This document shows positions 15,940-20,146 of a stretch of DNA of 20,146 nucleotides, in pieces. The notes beneath the pieces are model-generated. The model saw nothing but the letters and a program-made list of their open reading frames with translations. It was not told the origin of the DNA and searched no databases. This stretch comes from a candidate division WOR-3 bacterium (GTDB lineage Bacteria > Hydrothermota > Tepidihabitantia > Tepidihabitantales > Tepidihabitantaceae), in contig JBDRUN010000038.1 of the NCBI GenBank assembly GCA_039801365.1, positions 1-20,146 of the forward strand. The letters are read 5' to 3'. A program made the position numbers and the translations under genes. Position 1 is the first letter of the stretch, and each line of letters begins with the position of its first letter.

Positions 15940-16045
15940 GAAGTGAAGCAGCGCGCAAACCAACATGAATGCAGGCAGACTCGTGTCACCGAACCGCTGG
16001 GCGCTGTATGCTGGGTTCTGACGTCCATGCTTTTGGGAGGTTGCG

Positions 16046-17701
16046 GTGTATCCTGACAGTATGCGCGAATCCATCCGACGGATGGAGGCGACCCGTGAAG
16101 CGCGAATGAAGCAGACATTCCCAATGCGGACTGCGGAAGAGAAAAAGGAACTGCTTCGGAGATTCCACCCGGACTACATCGAGGAGTCAATGCGCAAGCT
16201 GGCGGTAGGCCCGAATCAGGGTGAGCGGACGCCGAATGAGCTCGCTGATGTGCTGGAGGCGTGGCCGGTGTTCGATGAGACGAGCATTGACCTTAGTCAG
16301 GTTGAGCAGGACGTAGATGTGCTTATCATCGGCGGCGGTGGTGCGGGTGCCGCGGCCGCTCTGACAGCGCAGGCTGCCGGTGCGAGAGTACTTCTGGTGA
16401 CCAAACTCAGGACCGGCGATGCCAATACGATGATGGCTCAGGGGGGTATTCAGGCCGCTGACAAGCCGAATGATTCACCGGCCCGGCACTATCTGGACGT
16501 TCTCGGTGGTGGGCATTTTAAGAACATTCCATCCCTTGCCCGGGCACTGGTCCTGGATGCGCCCGGCGTCATCGCTTGGCTTGAAGAGCTGGGAGTGATG
16601 TTCGACAAGCAGAAAGACGGCACGATGATTACGATTCATGGTGGCGGTACCTCGCGCAAGCGGATGCATGCGTGCCGGGATTACACCGGTGCAGAAATCA
16701 TGCGCGTGCTGCGTGACGAACTCGTCAATCGCAACGTGTCGCGGGTCGAGTTCGCGGCAGCGGTTGAACTGTTGACCGACGGTAGAGGAACGGTAACCGG
16801 CGCGGTATTCGTGAACCTTGAGACCGGGCAGAAATGGATAGCGCGGGCAAAGACGGTCATACTTGCCACCGGTGGATGTGGCCGGTTGCACATTCAGGGA
16901 TTCCCCTGTACTAACCACTACGGCGCAACCGCGGACGGACTAGTCCTTGCCTATCGGGCCGGCGCGAAACTGATCTTCATGGATACTATACAGTACCACC
17001 CGACCGGGGTGGCCTATCCCGAACAGATTGTCGGGCTGCTCATCACCGAGAAGGTACGTGGGTTGGGCGCACAACTGGTCAACGATCAGGGCAATCGGTT
17101 CATTTACGAGCTTGAGAGCCGTGATATCACTGCCTCCGCCATCATCAGAGAATGCCGTGAAGGTCGCGGCGTCAGAACACCGACCGGCGTCTTCGGTGTA
17201 TGGCTCGACTCGCCGCTCATCGAGATGCTCAAGGGTGAAGGCGCGGTGAAGGCGTCGCTGCCGGCAATGTACCACCAGTTTGCCCGCTACGGAATTTTCA
17301 TGGACCGTGAGCCGGTGCTCACCTATCCGACCCAGCACTACCAGAACGGTGGTATTCTGATCGATGAGGACGGACTTTCCGGGGTCGGGAATCTGTATGC
17401 CGCAGGAGAAGTCTCGGGCGGAATCCACGGCCGCAATCGGCTGATGGGAAACTCTCTCCTCGACATTCTCGTGTTTGGACGACGGGCTGGCAAGGCTGCC
17501 GCCGAAGCGGCCAAGGCCACAAAGGCTGTTCCTGAACTCTCCTTGAAGCACGTCGCGGCATTCAAGCGGGAACTTGCGGCAGCAAAGGTGCCGCGTTCTC
17601 GCAAGTCGCCGATGATACTTCCGGACTACCGCCAACCGGCAATGCGTGGCCGCTACTCATTCCTGGGTCCTGACCCGGAGTGCGTGCTTCCGGCCGACTG
17701 A
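16046..17701 (+). CDS. FAD-dependent fumarate reductase/succinate dehydrogenase flavoprotein-like subunit (no covalent-FAD His; ~95-aa N-terminal extension)
   Basis: GTG 16046 has a GGGAGG SD 5 nt upstream. The Rossmann motif 'DVLIIGGGGAGAAAAL' begins only at about residue 96. Frd/Sdh/NadB flavoprotein blocks follow: 'TMMAQGGIQAA', 'HYQNGGILID' and 'YAAGEVSGGIHGRNRLMGNSLLDILVFGRRAG'. The position of the covalent-FAD His reads 'RTGDANT'. TGA stop. Confidence 0.85.
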   Translation: MYPDSMRESIRRMEATREARMKQTFPMRTAEEKKELLRRFHPDYIEESMRKLAVGPNQGERTPNELADVLEAWPVFDETSIDLSQVEQDVDVLIIGGGGAGAAAALTAQAAGARVLLVTKLRTGDANTMMAQGGIQAADKPNDSPARHYLDVLGGGHFKNIPSLARALVLDAPGVIAWLEELGVMFDKQKDGTMITIHGGGTSRKRMHACRDYTGAEIMRVLRDELVNRNVSRVEFAAAVELLTDGRGTVTGAVFVNLETGQKWIARAKTVILATGGCGRLHIQGFPCTNHYGATADGLVLAYRAGAKLIFMDTIQYHPTGVAYPEQIVGLLITEKVRGLGAQLVNDQGNRFIYELESRDITASAIIRECREGRGVRTPTGVFGVWLDSPLIEMLKGEGAVKASLPAMYHQFARYGIFMDREPVLTYPTQHYQNGGILIDEDGLSGVGNLYAAGEVSGGIHGRNRLMGNSLLDILVFGRRAGKAAAEAAKATKAVPELSLKHVAAFKRELAAAKVPRSRKSPMILPDYRQPAMRGRYSFLGPDPECVLPAD

Positions 17702-17710
17702 AGAACTTCA

Positions 17711-17767
17711 CGGACAGAAAACCAATCCCGTCAGGGAAGCGTAGGACAATCCTTCTCATCTGTCCGT
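17711..17767. promoter_or_regulatory. 9-bp inverted repeat ACGGACAGA ... TCTGTCCGT enclosing 39 nt, 10 nt after the flavoprotein stop (terminator-like structured element without a U-tract)
   Basis: Seen directly: 17711-17719 is the exact reverse complement of 17759-17767. It sits between the convergent ends of the + strand operon and the - strand SPFH remnant. Confidence 0.3.
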
Positions 17768-17906
17768 AGCGGTGTTCAATCGGCGAACAGCTCGCAGCGA
17801 CACTGAAAGATACTAGACACACTGCCGAACCACACAAAGGAGTGGGCACCGAAGTCCTCAGTCGGCTTCAGCGCCAGTTTAGTTGGTGCGGCCAGAGGAG
17901 CTTTAG

Positions 17907-18560
17907 CTATTTGATGTTCAGCATCGGGATGCGCTTCTGGTCGAAAGGTGTTATTACGAAAGTGTTATTCTGCGAGTGGGCTACGCTCTTGAGCATCTTG
18001 ACATAGCACCAGGTGAGATAACTGTTCGTCAGGCTGCCGGCAATGCCCCGGTTTGTCTTGGCGATGCTTTTGGCTTCGACCGCCTTGCGCTCAGCTTCTT
18101 TGCGTTCCTTCTAGACATCCTTGTGGGTGTTCTGCTTCTCGGCCAGTTTCTGCTCGATGGCGGTCATGATGACGTCGGGAAGCTTGACCCGGCGCAGAAA
18201 TACACGCTCGCGTTTGATACCTTTGTCCGCGAACGCTTCGTCCAGAAGTGAGTCAACCGCTGCAATGTAAGCAGTACGGCTGCCCGCTGAGTATAGTTCG
18301 GCTGCGGCAAAATGCGAAGCCGCATCGCGCAGGGCGGTGCGGATGGATGGCCGTACGATTTTCTCGGTGTAGTCTGGACCGATGTTCTGGTACACCCAGC
18401 TCCGCCTTTGCCACATCGAGCTGGCACCAGGCTGTGACGTCCGAAACGACTGTGAGACCTCCGAGGCAGGGGCTTCAATTGCATCGTCGCCCTTCACCAC
18501 ACCTTCTTCCTTGACCGGGCTTGATCGAGGAGGCCTCTCGCTGCACCGGATTATGCCCCA
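17907..18560 (-). pseudogene. SPFH/band-7 (HflC/HflK-like) pseudogene: 5'-truncated by the IS, internal frameshift near 18490-18500 and in-frame TAG at 18111-18113
   Basis: The - strand translation '...IAAVDSLLDEAFADKGIKRERVFLRRVKLPDVIMTAIEQKLAEKQNTHKDV*KERKEAERKAVEAKSIAKTNRG...FVITPFDQKRIPMLNIK*' shows Band_7 C-terminal features ('...WGI.V..V.I..I.LP..V..A.E...AE.E..A...A...'). The sequence continues in frame across a TAG. The upstream part ('IMTKVGHNPVQ...') is in another frame. No N-terminal TM or start remains. Confidence 0.65.
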
Positions 18561-19990
18561 CTTTCGTCATGATTTGGACCTGCCCTAAACAGGTTCTGCA
18601 GTGACTGTAGTCATGCAACCTCCTGAGTCGGCACACCACTAGCATATTTGCCCCTGTGCCCAGCATCAAGTCGGCGCTCAGCCCGCCGTAGGTCATAAAG
18701 CAGGCGCAGAAGGTCGGTTCCAGCCAGCAACCGCTCCAGCTTCTCTCGGTAACGCTTGGCCAGTTCGGGTCTGGCCAAGAGGCGCTGCAGCGGCGTATCC
18801 ACGTTGTAGCGCTTGCCGACCCGCGGCCCCACCCTTTCCTTTGCCACCAGCTTCATCGAGGGCATGAACAGGTTGCGCTTGAGGGCTATCAGCCGGTCCA
18901 GCCGCGCCAGCGCCAAGTTCTCTTGCTTCGTGTCATACCGCCGGTAGCCAGCGTAGCTACGCACCAGCGCCCAGTTCTTGCTTTCCACGTAAGGCGAGTC
19001 GTTCTTCTGGTACGCCCGGGACCTGGTGAAGGGCAGTTTCTGTTCCTCGGCAAACGCCGCCAGCGCCTGGTTGATAAACTCGCTGCCATTGTCCGAACGG
19101 ATGGCAGTAGGCTGAAAGGACAGCGAGCGGAAGATGCTCTTCATCGCCAGCAGCATCCAGATGTGAGCCTTGTTGCGTAGTAGCCGCAACTCGGTCCAGC
19201 CGGTGATTATCTCGGTGACTACCAGCGTATAGGCAAACTCACCGCAAGGGCTCTGCCCTCCGTGACTTACCAGGTCTATCTCCAAATACCCGAGCTGCTT
19301 CTTGGGTTTGTCATGGCAGGTCTCGACCGGGATGCGTTTCTTGAGCCAGGAGGCAAAGGGGTTGGACTTGTAGCGGCGTTTGGCCAGCAGCTCGGCTTGG
19401 ACCGGTCGGAGCAGGCGGTCGACTGTGGACGGACTGATAGTCTTGAGTTTATCTTTGACCTCGGCTGATGCCTTCCGGAGCTTGGGATGACAGAAGAGCC
19501 GCTGATGGTTGAGGCGGATGAAGTGAGCGAGGTGGATCGAGGATGGGTAGCGGGCAAGCTGCCAGAGGAAGAGCCGGTAGCACAGCACATCCGGGCCGTA
19601 GCGTTGCTTGCGGCCGCGGCGCTAAGGGAGTGAGCAGGTGGGGTCTGCGATGATAGTAATGCTCGTTGGGGTAGCGATGTTCCTGCCGGCGTTGCAGAGC
19701 ATGAAGCTGAGATACTTCCGGCCAAGACGTGTGAGGTGTGTCAGCTTGTTTAGCAGCGTGGGCTTGGTCTTCTTTCTTGTGGTCCGATACTTGGGGGCAT
19801 TGGCAGAGACGATGGACTTCTTAGCGGTCACGGTGTAGAGTCCTTCTGGGTATTGTGGCTACCATTGGGTGTTCTCCTTTCGGTCAGACCTGAAGAATGC
19901 CCTTGGTACCCTGCTTTTTCAAGCCCAAACAGACCTGAATCCATACCGACGAAACAACCCTGCTTCGGGTAGATATTTATGACGAAAATC
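18560..19990 (-). mobile_element. IS-like element carrying the transposase; boundaries tentative (inverted TTTCGTCAT core at 18562-18570 and 19979-19987)
   Basis: A shared 9-mer TTTCGTCAT (reverse-complemented) flanks the transposase. The inward continuations resemble each other only partially. GC content is visibly lower (about 50%) in 19640-20030 than in flanking DNA. An RBS AAGGAG and a 14-codon uORF ('MVATIPRRTLHRDR*') sit just upstream of the transposase GTG. Confidence 0.25.
18611..19831 (-). pseudogene. rve-superfamily DDE transposase (IS30-like D-D-E spacing) interrupted by in-frame TAG at 19622-19624
   Basis: Catalytic-core motifs 'GYLEIDLVSHGG', 'IRSDNGSEF' and 'SPYVESKNWALVRSY', with D-62-D-33-E spacing. 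An HTH-like segment 'KTISPSTVDRLLR' precedes them. The 69-codon ORF 19622..19831 (GTG) and the 325-codon ORF 18611..19588 share one frame, separated by a single amber codon. Confidence 0.7.
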
Positions 19991-20036
19991 GCCGGCTTGC
20001 GCGGGCCAGCCGAGTTGTTACACTAGAAATGGTACG

Positions 20037-20146
20037 ATGATACTGAATTCCGGTGTTGCGTGGACTGAGACAACGTGGAACCCGGTGACAGGGTGTTCGC
20101 ATATCAGTGCTGGTTGTGCCCATTGCTATGCCGAGCGGCTCGCGCT
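20037..20146 (+). CDS. DUF5131 / phage Gp37Gp68-family protein, N-terminal 36 codons (3'-truncated by the window end)
   Basis: ATG 20037; '[36 protein letters not shown]' matches the family N-terminus ([22 protein letters not shown]). Confidence 0.75.
   Translation, partial: MILNSGVAWTETTWNPVTGCSHISAGCAHCYAERLA

Noticed and set aside
16940-17635. 231-aa ORF on the - strand
   Set aside because: It is antisense to the FrdA-like flavoprotein, whose motifs are unambiguous on the + strand.
17702-17975. Possible tRNA or other small RNA in the ORF-poor stretch after the fumarate operon
   Set aside because: No T-loop (GTTCRANYC) with a flanking 5-bp stem, no acceptor or anticodon arm geometry, and no cloverleaf of 72 nt or more could be built. 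Only the 57-nt inverted-repeat element was found.
18111-19624. Hypothesis that TAG is recoded as a sense codon (alternative genetic code) because two genes read through amber
   Set aside because: Eight well-supported genes terminate at TAG with proper family C-termini (Gp37, GH43, Isf, DUF4249-like, TlpA-like, NapH-like, L27, FrdB-like). Both affected genes show other decay (frameshift, truncation). Pseudogenes is the parsimonious reading.
1-20146. Simple circular permutation joining the window end to the window start to make one intact Gp37Gp68 gene
   Set aside because: Direct joining puts the two fragments out of frame. About 20 consensus residues (~60 nt) would also be missing. Gene content is chromosomal. 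A repeated gene causing contig breaks is more likely than a circular molecule, though the question is left open as a finding.
1-20146. CRISPR array or other tandem repeats
   Set aside because: No regularly spaced direct repeats in the 24-48 nt range and no tandem repeat blocks were seen on reading the sequence. The only repeats are short palindromes, which are reported separately.

Overview
High-GC bacterial window (about 60-65% GC; likely an uncultivated, TonB-receptor-rich lineage). Coding is dense and almost entirely on the + strand. In order: (1) the 3' part of a DUF5131/phage Gp37Gp68-family gene that runs in from upstream, then a compact GH43-like beta-propeller glycosidase, an Isf-type 4-Cys flavoprotein, and a TonB-dependent receptor (CarboxypepD_reg + plug + barrel) with a downstream DUF4249-like lipoprotein. 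(2) A candidate envelope-redox operon behind a near-consensus sigma70 promoter: a thioredoxin-fold lipoprotein with in-frame UGA (likely selenocysteine, UxxC) and a SECIS-like hairpin, a TlpA/ResA-like redoxin coupled to it by an ATGA overlap, an outer-membrane beta-barrel, a 46-aa single-TM ORF and a NapH/MauN/CcoG-type membrane polyferredoxin. (3) Housekeeping genes: lipoyl synthase coupled (GTGA overlap) to an MFS transporter, ribosomal protein L27 with its own TTGACT-16-TATAAT promoter, and a UPF0173 MBL-fold hydrolase. (4) A fumarate module: class-I fumarase alpha and beta subunits, an SdhB/FrdB-like Fe-S protein, and an FrdA-like flavoprotein that has no covalent-FAD His, no membrane anchor and a ~95-aa N-terminal extension. 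(5) A degraded region on the - strand: an SPFH/band-7 pseudogene (frameshift plus in-frame TAG) truncated by an IS-like element whose rve-type DDE transposase also carries an in-frame TAG; this region has lower GC. (6) At the very end of the window, the 5' start of another Gp37Gp68-family gene. No rRNA, tRNA or CRISPR was recognised.
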